Origin: Ascidiella aspersa
Taxonomy: Eukaryota
Assembly: GCA_963924565.1 (NCBI GenBank)
Contig: OZ004609.1
Location: forward strand, 5,022,001-5,086,000
Reading direction: 5' to 3'
Length of the DNA stretch: 64,000 bases
Positions 25,144 to 35,189 of the stretch are shown here, piece by piece. Every line of letters starts with the position of its first letter. Position 1 is the stretch's first letter. Both the position numbers and the translations under genes were made by a program. The notes below the pieces were generated by a model, which saw only the letters and a list, made by a program, of their open reading frames with translations, had not been told where the DNA came from and searched no databases.

Positions 25144-26700
25144 CTAGGGTCCATCCAAGACCAGTTTGAATGGCTGTTGGCTGACTTGGTTTTCCATACC
25201 GCATTTCCCGAATGGAATGGGCTTCTTGTGCACCGGCCCCAATGAGAATGAATACCCACTTCTGCTTTGGGCAACTTTTGAAAGGTAAGTCCCCTTAGGT
25301 GCGAATGACGCTGCACATCTTCCATTGTAGGTAGGTATACTCTCCTTTAGTTTAGGTAGACTATTCACAGTAAAGGCATCCTCAATATGGATTGAATCGG
25401 TCTCCTGAATCCCTTTCAGAGACAACCCAACCTCATATCCTTGCAGATCCCTACTGCCACTTATGCCAGCGAGTCTTCTGGTAACTTGTTTTCCTTCTAG
25501 CTGAAGTCTTTGCTTTAGACCCAATGTACAGAAAGTAGTGTCCGAACCCTCATCCAGTAATGCGTATGTCTCCACTACTTGATTCGGGTCGTTTCCCCAC
25601 ACTTGGACTGGTACCACCTTGAGTCTAACTCTGTTCCTACCAACATTGGGTGTAGTCACAGCAAGATATGAATGACATTCTTCTGTAGGACTGTCAGATT
25701 CCTCCTTTACCTCAGTTGGCGTAAAGGTTTTTTCTTCTCTTTGTTGTTCATCATTATGTAGAAGGGTATGATGTGATTTTCCACAGGATTTACATTTTGT
25801 TGAGCAGACACATTTATCTGCTTTGTGGCCTCGAGAAAGGCAGTTGAAGCATAAGTTGTTAATTTTAACCGCAGTCCAGCGGTCAAGCTGTTCCTTATTC
25901 TGGAACTCATCACACACCCATAACGGATGCGGTTTGGCGCAAACCACACAGGGTGGAGGATCCTTCTTCCTAGACCGCTCTGGAGGTCTAGATTTTTCAG
26001 CATGGACTCGTTTTGGTGACCTTGGATTGGTTTGTGTTGAAAACACAAGATGTTTGCTCTTCTGTGGCTCGTCCTTTGTTTCCCTATCTTCAACGGAAGT
26101 CAACGAATCACCGAAAATGTTGTTAGACTCTTTGACCTTTTTGGAAATGTATGCAGTTAGGTCGCCGAATGTCACACTGCCAGTCTTCTGGTAAAGCGAA
26201 CTGGCTTTAGAAGCAAATTTATACTGCATGTACTCGGGCAATCGTTGAAATATTTGAACTAAGAATTGGGGGTAGTCTAACTGAGACTCACAGCCCAAAG
26301 ATTGGAAAATCATAAGAGCATTTGTCATGCGCGAGGCTAGTGAACGAAGACCGTCTTTGTCTCCGACCTTGATTGCAGGACCATTCGTCAGTTCTTTAAC
26401 ATGTGCATTTACAACTAAATCTGTGCGCCCAAAGTTATCCTTTAATAACTCACGAGCAGTAGCCAGACCCAATTCGGATGGGCTCTGGGCACAACACCCA
26501 CTGACAACGTCATATGCCTTTCCTTGGCACATGTCCACCAAGTACTGAAGTTGTACAGCAGGATCAGGAAAATGCTTTGTGATAGTCTCATCAAATCGCT
26601 TCATAAAGTTGTGGTATTGCATTGGATCCCCAAAGAACTTTGGTAGCTCTCTTTTGGGCAAAGTAAATCCATGCAGCATGGTTTTAGTACTCTTCACCAA
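25144..26700 (-). CDS. BEL Gag (DUF1759-like capsid, three Cys-His knuckles) plus aspartic protease
   Basis: LPKRELPKFFGDPMQYHNF; CVVCAKPHPLWVC, CFNCLSRGHKADKC, CKSCGKSHHTLLH; YALLDEGSDTTF. Frameshifted near the C-terminus. Confidence 0.92.
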   Translation of the reverse strand: MVKSTKTMLHGFTLPKRELPKFFGDPMQYHNFMKRFDETITKHFPDPAVQLQYLVDMCQGKAYDVVSGCCAQSPSELGLATARELLKDNFGRTDLVVNAHVKELTNGPAIKVGDKDGLRSLASRMTNALMIFQSLGCESQLDYPQFLVQIFQRLPEYMQYKFASKASSLYQKTGSVTFGDLTAYISKKVKESNNIFGDSLTSVEDRETKDEPQKSKHLVFSTQTNPRSPKRVHAEKSRPPERSRKKDPPPCVVCAKPHPLWVCDEFQNKEQLDRWTAVKINNLCFNCLSRGHKADKCVCSTKCKSCGKSHHTLLHNDEQQREEKTFTPTEVKEESDSPTEECHSYLAVTTPNVGRNRVRLKVVPVQVWGNDPNQVVETYALLDEGSDTTFCTLGLKQRLQLEGKQVTRRLAGISGSRDLQGYEVGLSLKGIQETDSIHIEDAFTVNSLPKLKESIPTYNGRCAASFAPKGTYLSKVAQSRSGYSFSLGPVHKKPIPFGKCGMENQVSQQPFKLVLDGP

Positions 26701-28181
26701 TCCACAATGGCCTTTCCATAGTGAATGTCATCTTTGGCGAAGCTCTCGTGTGAGAGAGAAGGTTTGTGGCAGGAGGCCGGCCCCATTGAAGGACTGAAAG
26801 CCCCCTGCATCGTGTCAGTTTGTTGGCACATAGGTTGCGCCTGTGAAGGTACAGGCAAGATTGGATTGGCAGATACATTTTTTGGTGATTTTTGATGGGC
26901 AACAGGGTACTTAGGCTGCGGTACAATTGCTGATTCTGGCAGCAACAAGGGGATGAAAGCAGGAGTGGTCTGCCTTTCACCAGGCATCATATAGTCCATC
27001 GGGGCCAGGTCACGGGCAGCCTGCTGTAAGTGAGCAGAACTTCCCATCCTGGAAGCATCTATCTGATTTAGTGGGGACAGATTCAACCTGTATTCATGAC
27101 TAGAATCACAGGATCCCACCGGTTCAGCCTCGAATGCGACCAGGTCAACCTCATGCCTCTTACGCTGCATCTTGAACTGTGCTTTGCAAGATTTTTTCCG
27201 ATGAACCAATTTTGCCTTGGCCAACATTGCCTCAGCCCTTTCCTCTTCCCTTTTCCTTCGGGATGCTGCCTGCTCCATTTTCATTTTGAGCACTTTCACC
27301 TTAGCATTTGCATCTTCCTCCTGCCTTCTTCTTGCCTCTTCTTCTCGTATTTTGCGAGCATATTCTTCCTCTTCTCGTCTTCTTCTGGCCTCTTCTTCAC
27401 GTCCTTTGCGGGCAAGTTCTTCCTCTTCTTGCCTTCTTTTGGCCTCTTCTTCCCGTCCTTTGCGGGCAACTTCTGCCTTTTCTTCTTCAAGCATAACTCT
27501 CAGTGCCTCCTCCTCTTCCTTGGCCTTACGTTTAATTTCTTCAGCTATCCTCTTCGCTTCATTAACCTCATCAGCTGATACCTGAAGTGCTAATTGTGCC
27601 TCCGTCTCGGCCTGCTTGCTTTGCAGATGAGCAAGGTGCAGCTCCTTTACTGAGCGTCTGCTGCTTCTGCTAGACCTTGAAAAGGAGCCAAAGAATTTCA
27701 CACTAGATCCCTTAGAACGACGTGAGTGATGGGAAGACCTAGAGCTTGCCCTTTCGGAATAAGATGATTTACAGGATTTTCGACTAATCTTGGCCGTGGC
27801 ATCTTGTATAAATGCCTGATACTTATCATTAATGTTGTCCCTGCTTTCTTCCAGGGACTCTATCTTGTCCAACGCTTCCTGCTGTTGGGTGGGCAGTGAT
27901 AATGGGATTGCAATATGGTATTCTCTGCAGCAATTTAGGCATTTTGTCAAGGCACTGTTGAAGGTTTCCTTTGCATTCAGTACTTCCTTGAGATTGGCAA
28001 CATCTAGCATTAAGTGACATAAAATATTTTTTGCTCTGGTAACAGCACCCAGCAGCCCACTTCGTGATGATTTTAAAGAACGTAACCTTTCACTTAGTAC
28101 CCCCTCTACATCTTCGTTGGAGGATATACTAGAATTTGATCCAGGCATTTTGCTTACAACACCATAAATGCTACACAACAA
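26694..28181 (-). CDS. BEL Gag N-terminal region (Ser/Arg-rich plus E/R/K charged helical repeats)
   Basis: 495-aa ORF directly after the 5' LTR, overlapping the next ORF via a one-base frameshift. Repeated ARKGREEEA(K/R)RR units. Confidence 0.85.
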   Translation of the reverse strand: MLCSIYGVVSKMPGSNSSISSNEDVEGVLSERLRSLKSSRSGLLGAVTRAKNILCHLMLDVANLKEVLNAKETFNSALTKCLNCCREYHIAIPLSLPTQQQEALDKIESLEESRDNINDKYQAFIQDATAKISRKSCKSSYSERASSRSSHHSRRSKGSSVKFFGSFSRSSRSSRRSVKELHLAHLQSKQAETEAQLALQVSADEVNEAKRIAEEIKRKAKEEEEALRVMLEEEKAEVARKGREEEAKRRQEEEELARKGREEEARRRREEEEYARKIREEEARRRQEEDANAKVKVLKMKMEQAASRRKREEERAEAMLAKAKLVHRKKSCKAQFKMQRKRHEVDLVAFEAEPVGSCDSSHEYRLNLSPLNQIDASRMGSSAHLQQAARDLAPMDYMMPGERQTTPAFIPLLLPESAIVPQPKYPVAHQKSPKNVSANPILPVPSQAQPMCQQTDTMQGAFSPSMGPASCHKPSLSHESFAKDDIHYGKAIVDW

Positions 28182-28233
28182 GTTTCAGACACCTTGTTTC
28201 TTGGTAACAGGAGTCTGGTTTCTTCAGAAATTA

Positions 28234-28866
28234 TGTGACGTCCAAAATTTTAGGACGGTCACGCATAGGCTTACAAGTTAGCAAACCTAGGCTTTTGCCT
28301 TTGTCGTAGGTGACGTCATCGGGCACGATGAGTCAGAAATTCACAACTGTCCTCTAACTGCACAAACTGTGGTTTTCAGTGTTATATTATGGCGATGAAG
28401 GTGAAAGAACGGTGCACGAATTCGGCAACGGATAAACAAATACAGTTCGTATCCAAAGAGGGTTCATTCCAAATCATGACATTGAAAGGCGTTTACATCA
28501 TACAGAACATGTTGGGATTATACAGTAGAGGACACATTGAGATTTCTGAAGTTCACAGTACCTAGGTGTTTAGCATTACGGTGTTGGTTTAATCGTCTAA
28601 ACATTTAAAGAATAACAACAAACAAAATGTTACCAAAACACTTTACATAACTAGACATTCACTAAATTGCAATTATCTTACATTAACGAGCATATAAACA
28701 ACTAAACTTAGCCGATTCCAACAGATAACTGCCATACGAAGACTGCACTAAAAAGGGGTGCGAAAACAAAGCCGAAATACACAAAGGAATCATACCGTAA
28801 CGCATGGTTGCACTTGACAGAGAAGCATAGAAAACTTATATAAATATTGTTATTTTGTCCGTAACA
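28234..28866 (-). repeat. 5' LTR of BEL element (633 bp)
   Basis: Differs from the 3' LTR by a 4-bp insertion, a 23-bp deletion and one substitution that I can see. Confidence 0.96.
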
Positions 28867-31800
28867 CATGCCTGTGTGGACTTCTCAGTATTGCAACAAT
28901 TTAAAACTTCCACCATATTCTTTCAAGCCAGCCCTCATTAAGACGTTCATCATCCTAATAACTGCACAATTAATTTAACATCAACATATTTCGGAATCAC
29001 TGATTCGAAACAGCATTGTTTTAAAATTTCAATCAACGTTTTGAAAAACAGATATTAACAACTCTCCAATATAGTAAGTTACCACTTAGTTGTTTGTAAA
29101 AATGTTACACATTAACAAATATTTTACTATAAAACATTTTGGAAATATTACGCAGCTCGAGACTACAGCTTAGTTCCTCCTTGTTGTGAAATAGAAACAC
29201 ATTTAATGAAGACTTATTTTATTGAAATGCATGGAAACTATTAACAATGTAAGTCACATGTATTTCACAAGTTTGAATTTGGGTGTATATCATTTTCCAG
29301 GCAATTGATGTTTAAAAAGGTTTAGGTTCTAGTTAAATGCCTGTATTGAATATACAATAAGATATTTATTTGATTGTCTTAGACCTGCCCATTTTAGTGA
29401 AGAGTATTTCTTTCACTTTATTCCAAGCTTAGTCAGCTGTATTTTTAAGGAAGCCACTCAAAGCAATGTAAGAAACTTTTGTTTGATTTATCTAACTAAT
29501 ACTATACAGAACAACGTAAGTTGACTGGTAGTCTAAACATTTGTTTCTAATGAATTTACTATGTAGTATATAATAAATTTTGTTCATAATTATTAATTTT
29601 TCGATATTTCCCTTTTTATATGTTTTTTAAATTAACCTTTGCGAGGATCCAAATTATTATATAAATTGCATGTTTTATTAAGCTGTTTAGTTATTGCTTG
29701 TTTATTGCTACCAAAACAAAAAGAACTTTCAAAAAATTGCATGTTTGCTTTTTATTAAGAGCTGTTTAGAACTATCAAAAAAAGTACATGTATTTCGTTG
29801 TTGTAAGTTATTGCTAAAAATTTTGTGTTGTTAGTGTTTAGTTCTATGTTCTTGATTATAAAATTGTCCATAATTCACTTTATCTTTTTTATGTTTATGC
29901 TTTCTGTTTAAATTTTTGTTTGCATGCGGCTGGGAAAGGAGATGACAACCTTCACGTGGTCTTCCCTGTGATATGTTTTAATTTTTTGTCAGGTGTTAAT
30001 TGTTTATTCGTTTATCTTCTTGAATAAAATATGTCCCGAGCACATTTAGTACTAGACCAAATAAATAAGATGTTTGATTTTTAGTTTTAATTTAAGCATT
30101 GTATGAATTAGTCGCCTACACTTTTAGCTAGATACTTTTAAACGTCCATTGTGAGGTTCCAAATCCAAGAATTATTGGAACGCTTCCTATTGGCTGAAAT
30201 TTTATGACGTCACAGACGGTCAGCTGAGCGGCTGTAGTAAGCGGGATTTTAACTTAAACGGTATCGATTAGGACACGCCGTGAATAATTTGCTTAAGGGC
30301 AGGTTTGTTGTCATCGATTAATACAAAAGCCTGCTTAAATACGTTTTTTCCTTTACAAAAATTGTTTTTTTAATCCAGTAGACGTTATAACTACCGTACT
30401 CAATAAATTCTCTTGTGCTTTTACAAACATTTTTTTACTCTGTCGCCCAAGTGTTTGCAATCTTTGCATAGATCAACTAAACACATACGAGCTAACTTAA
30501 AAAAAATTTACCTAAATTTGCCAACCTTAATCAAAATTCTCCATAAATAAGGTTTATACTTCAAAAATTCGACATCGTGTTGCAAACACTGCTATTTTCA
30601 TAATATACAAACGTAAAAGATTATTTTATTCTTCCCAAAGATATTGATTTCATTTAATGTCTTTTTGCAAATATTTTGCTAGAAGACAACAAAATGTGTT
30701 TAAACTAAAAAAACAAACACACATATTAATATAAAAATGTACACAACACATAACATTTTATAGCATTGGCACGTTTTTTAAAATAAGAAACTGAATTTAA
30801 CCAATTATTTCATGACAGAGATACGTAGGTAAAATTCTTGAGCTCCTCTTTAATCTTGTTTGCAAAATGTCATCTGATAATTCAAGCTCCATTCAGAATA
30901 AAAATCTGGTTGACAACTATGTTGAAACATCTCACAAGGTACGTTTGGTAATACTACAAAATATGTTCCTCTTTAAAAGCTGACATTCTTTTATTCAGTG
31001 GTTTTCTTCTGTTGAGGAAGGCTTGGTTGCAGTTAAAGTCTTTGAAAAAAAAAGATATACAATTTTGTATTAGTTGCAGCAAAACGTGTGGTAAATCTAT
31101 GTGAAATAACTGTCAAATTACATATGCCTTGTTTAGATCTTACTTACCAAAAGTAACATTTATTGGACTCCAACTGGAACACCGTATAAGATTCTCCATA
31201 CAAAATATATGTTAGTATTTGTCAGTTTAAAGAGACATTGGTTATTATCACAAAAAAATATTTTTTTTATTATAGTTCAAAGACTGTGAAGGATCAACAA
31301 AATACTGATGGCAAATCTAAAGACATTAAACTATTAGGCCCATAAAACATTCATATATCATGACAACATAATTGCAAGGGAATTTTATTAATTACAAATC
31401 TTGTTAATAGGTGTCCAATGCTTCCAGACATCAGCAAAAAAAATGTCACAAAAAAAATCATAGGAAGATAAAAGTGTCCAAAAGGTTGTAGGGTGCATTG
31501 TGTATTTTCCCCATATCAACAAGGTAAAAATTTGTATGAAAACCAGGACAAGGTAGTTGTTATGAAAATCATCCACATTTTGCACCTAAATATAACATAT
31601 CAATACTAATATAACTTTGAAACCTGAAAACGATAGTCTAACGAAGGGTGTATTTATAGTATTATATAAGTTTGTGCAGCAACCCAAAAGTAGCTTGGTT
31701 GTAAGTTTGGGATAAGCGACTAGGAAAATCAGAGTGATAGGGTTTGCAAAAATTATTTCTCTCCTAAAAAATGAAAGAATAGTGACAATCTTACCAGGTA

Positions 31801-32019
31801 ATGACGTTAGATTTTCAATAGCACACACACAAAATCTTGATATTTGATGGCAAAATATAAAGATCTGCAACAAACAAAGATTTTAGTTTTCAGCTTCAGA
31901 ATAGTTCAGTAAAAGCCTAAAAATAGTGACTTGATTAGAATGACAGGTCTGTAAGATAAATAACAATTTAATATTTTAGAAAATACCATATAAAAATTTT
32001 GACATAATTATTATTTTTT

Positions 32020-34480
32020 AGGTTTGGAAAAAAACAGAATTAGATGGGATGAAACCAACACGCCCCGCCCTACATAATTTGCAAGGCAAAGATAGGCATA
32101 AGGATTATAACATAAAACGGACTCGACATGTGAGTGCTTTTCACTAGATATGTTTGAAATCAATGTTTTTGCATAGCTGTTACAAATATTTTTGTAATAT
32201 TTACCAAGATGTTAGAGAACACGATGTTAGTCAGAAAAAAATGATGATTCAGGGGTCCAAAAAAATGGGCTGTCAGGCAACTATCAAATTATGGGAAGTT
32301 TATAAATTTCCAGAACACAAAGTGAGTACAAAGTAGATTTTTGGAGTTTTGGATATTTGTGCAAAAAGTTTTATGTTACAAATATTTTTGTAATATTTAC
32401 CAAGATGTTAGAGAACACGATGTTAGTCAGAAAAAAATGATGATTCAGGGGTCCAAAAAAATGGGCTGTCAGGCAACTATCAAATTATGGGAAGTTTATA
32501 AATTTCCAGAACACAAAGTGAGTACAAAGTAGATTTTTGGAGTTTTGGATATTTGTGCAAAAAGTTTTATTTTACATTTTTTAAGACAACAACTGCTAAT
32601 GCTAAAACAAGAGCTTCAGGTGTTAATAAACTGTTTGCCTGTGGGGTAATATTTCCAATTGAAAACGATCATTCAGGACATGTTATTGGAGAGGTAAAAA
32701 TACACTTGTTAACAATCTATTGCTACAACTTTAACCCATAAAAAAATAAAAAAAACTTAAGAGCCACAAAAATCAACATTTAGTGCTTCAGCCAATTGAC
32801 TGTCGATTAATCGAAAAAATCAATGAAATGGTGGAGGACGGAATTTGTCGCATTCCAGAAATAAAACGTGGATTGGCATCGTTTGTCATACATGAAATGT
32901 TCAAGAATCAGACACCCCCAAGTTTTGACAACAGGCGTTTTTTCCCACAAAGAGAGAGATATCCGAAACCATTATTATCAGGCTTATGCTAAAGCGCAAG
33001 CTTAGCCGCATTGACCAATCAAACATGAAGGCAATCATTGAAAGTTGGCGGTCATCCTCTGCAAAGGATGATGAAATATTCTTTCGACCTTACGTTGCAG
33101 GATAAATCGCGATTTTTTTAATCACAATTTTTTATTTTTTTAATATAATATATAAACATTCCACTTTTTAAAAGCAAAATCAATAACATAACAAAAAGTA
33201 AAAAGAAAACTTACAATTAAAGGTGTTGGTCAGTGTGTGTGCATGGAGAAGAAGATGAAGTTGACGACAACAATGCCCCTGTCATCAACTGTGAACAAAC
33301 TCTTTTGTTTGATCAGTTTGCTTGGCAGAGGAGGCTTCTCCAGCGCTACGGGCAAAACATATGTTTGCTTGACGCAACATATAAGACAACGAAGTACGTT
33401 TTTCTTTGTGTCAAAACAAATGTTGGCTGACGCTCTTTCCACCCTCAAAAAATGGTCAGAGTTGGAACCCCACACACACTGTTTATGACCGACAAAGTGA
33501 CGCAGAGATTAATGCAATAGAGCGAGTTTTTCCAAGTAAGTGTAGAGTATGTGATTAACCCTGTGCAGTAACAAACGTTATTAAAAAAACAAACGAACCA
33601 AAAATTAAATTGCTTGTATTTTTACATTTATAGAATGTCGCGTTTTGATTTGCGACTTTCATCGTGAGCAAGCATGGGAGCGTTGGTCTAAGAAATCTGA
33701 TAATATGGTTGCTAACCAGCGTCCGGAAGCCCTTGCTCTCATGAGAGAAGTTGCGAAAGCTGACAGTGAAGGATGATGGTTGGCTGCAGCTTTATACGAT
33801 TTACAAAATAGCGACATTTGGAAAAACAATGAGATTTCAAAAATATTTTACTAATGTTTGGCTTACAGAGAAAGAAGTGAGTAAATAAAGGAGTATGATT
33901 AATTGTTGGAAATGGTTTAACATTTTTTTGTTTTCTTGAGCAGATAGCCGGCAAAACAGGGTGCTGAAGGAGTGTCACATGCGGTTTCGCACTGACAAGT
34001 CGCGCTCTCCAGTTTAGTGACTGTTTTGCATAAAGAATTTTTACCAGAAACTTTAGAAAGGTGATATATTTTGATTTGGTGTATGCAAATTGTTATGTAG
34101 AATGTTATTTTGTGGCTCTAGCATGGTTAACACATTAAAATAAAACATTACAAAACTTTTTAATCTTAAAGGTATAAACAAGAAAACCTGTTGGCATCTG
34201 ACAACTACCGCCGGTACAGTGAAGACGTTCTAGCCTTTTTACACAATCGGCCACGTAAATTTGAGCAGAAAAAAGTGTAGAGAGAAAAGCAGTGTACAAC
34301 GTTTTTCTTGGTACTCAGGACACTTTTCCTTCTTGTAGCTGTCCGGATTATCGGTGTCATTTTCTGCCATGCAAGCATATATGTTCGCGGTGTTTAAACT
34401 GCAGCGAAATATCTTGGAAGAATTTACCTCAGTGGATAAAGATGCTGCTGAATTACCTGAAAAATGTAGGGTGATAAATC
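32020..34480 (+). pseudogene. Mutator/MULE transposase with CaRF-like N-terminus and SWIM zinc finger; spliced, decayed
   Basis: IQGSKKMGCQATIKL; HSGH; QPIDCRLIEKI..NRRFFP; WQRRLLQRYGQNICLLDATYKTTKY..LCVKTNVG; ICDFHREQAWERW; PSCSCPDYRCHFLPCKHI. Confidence 0.85.
32178..32569. repeat. Perfect tandem duplication, 196-bp unit x2
   Basis: TGTTACAAATATTTTTG...AAAAGTTTTA starts at 32178 and 32374. Duplicates one exon with its splice donor. Confidence 0.95.
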
Positions 34481-35189
34481 CTGACATGATCAGGAGCAGC
34501 TCAGAGAAAGTGGTATTTTGAGATTCCCAAGCTCACAGACTTTACAGGACTATCGGTATGTTTAGGGAGTCGTATTTTTTTCAACAGTGTTGTGACCAAA
34601 TCTTTAAAAAAGGTGAATTTATCTTATTATGTTTTAGAAATGTTTACCAAACAGCACCAGGTTTACAAAATCATGTGCTGAAAGAGAATTGGCAGATCAT
34701 GAAAGGTATTTTGGCAGTTGAGAATATTTCAATAACACACAGTATGGGGTAATTTGAATAGAATTGTTAAAAACCCTTGATATTATTTTTTATTAAAAAA
34801 ACACAAATCAACTAGTGCGAAGCACAATAAAATAACATGGAAAAGTAGCGATTCACTTATTGGGGTGTTGTCGTATAATTCATTCACTCACAAAACATGG
34901 TTGGAAAATATTCTACCATATTCTATTCCACCTTTACACACTGGCTGTCGGTTGCCTAACATGTTCTGTGTACTAAAACCTAAATTATTAAGTAGTTGAA
35001 TATTTTTATATTACAGTAAAATAAAATATTGTGTACAAATGCCTCTTCTGCGCGAAGCATTGTCAGCGCTTATTCTAGGCCTGTTTTATGAGAACGTACA
35101 AACAACGTCAAAGCTTGGTTAGTATGTTTTGGGAAGTGGTTGAATCACTTCTCAAATGCAATTTTACAGTAGTTTACAGTATGCAGATG

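Larger units (their letters stand above)
22840..28866 (-). mobile_element. BEL/Pao LTR retrotransposon, young, internally deleted (non-autonomous)
   Basis: Two near-identical LTRs with TG...CA ends, 5-bp TSD CATGC (22835-22839 / 28867-28871), PPT GGGGCCGGAA before the 3' LTR, gag-protease and integrase C-terminal tail. Confidence 0.96.
22705..29205 (-). pseudogene. Putative tandem death-domain gene remnant split by the BEL insertion (coding parts ~29205-28867 and 22839-22705)
   Basis: Joined at the TSD and read across several frameshifts: ELRNISKMFY/YWRVVN/FKTLIEILKQCCFE..KLIVQLLG/LMRAGLKE/NMVEVLNCCNTEKSTQACVF/SLLQSWVVKMGADV/NDAVCRL. Fits the death-domain pattern LxRxLGL..Y.ML..W....G..AT...L..AL. 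Confidence 0.42.
19945..30127. mobile_element. TIR-bounded DNA element (~4.2 kb after removing the nested BEL) carrying Ulp1-PHD and death-domain-like relics
   Basis: Perfect 20-bp inverted repeat CTAAAAGTGTAGGCGACTAA (19945-19964) / TTAGTCGCCTACACTTTTAG (30108-30127), extended by AATGCTTAAA / TTTAAGCATT across a 7-nt indel. Confidence 0.7.

Noticed and set aside
26690-26710. Programmed ribosomal frameshift between the two BEL gag ORFs
   Set aside because: No slippery heptamer is visible, and BEL elements normally have one ORF. A single-base indel is simpler.
27096-27585. Plus-strand Ser/Leu/Phe-rich ORFs
   Set aside because: Antisense shadows of the E/R/K-rich gag repeat.
30780-31900. Exon-like minus-strand fragments upstream of the MULE
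   Set aside because: No motif I can identify.
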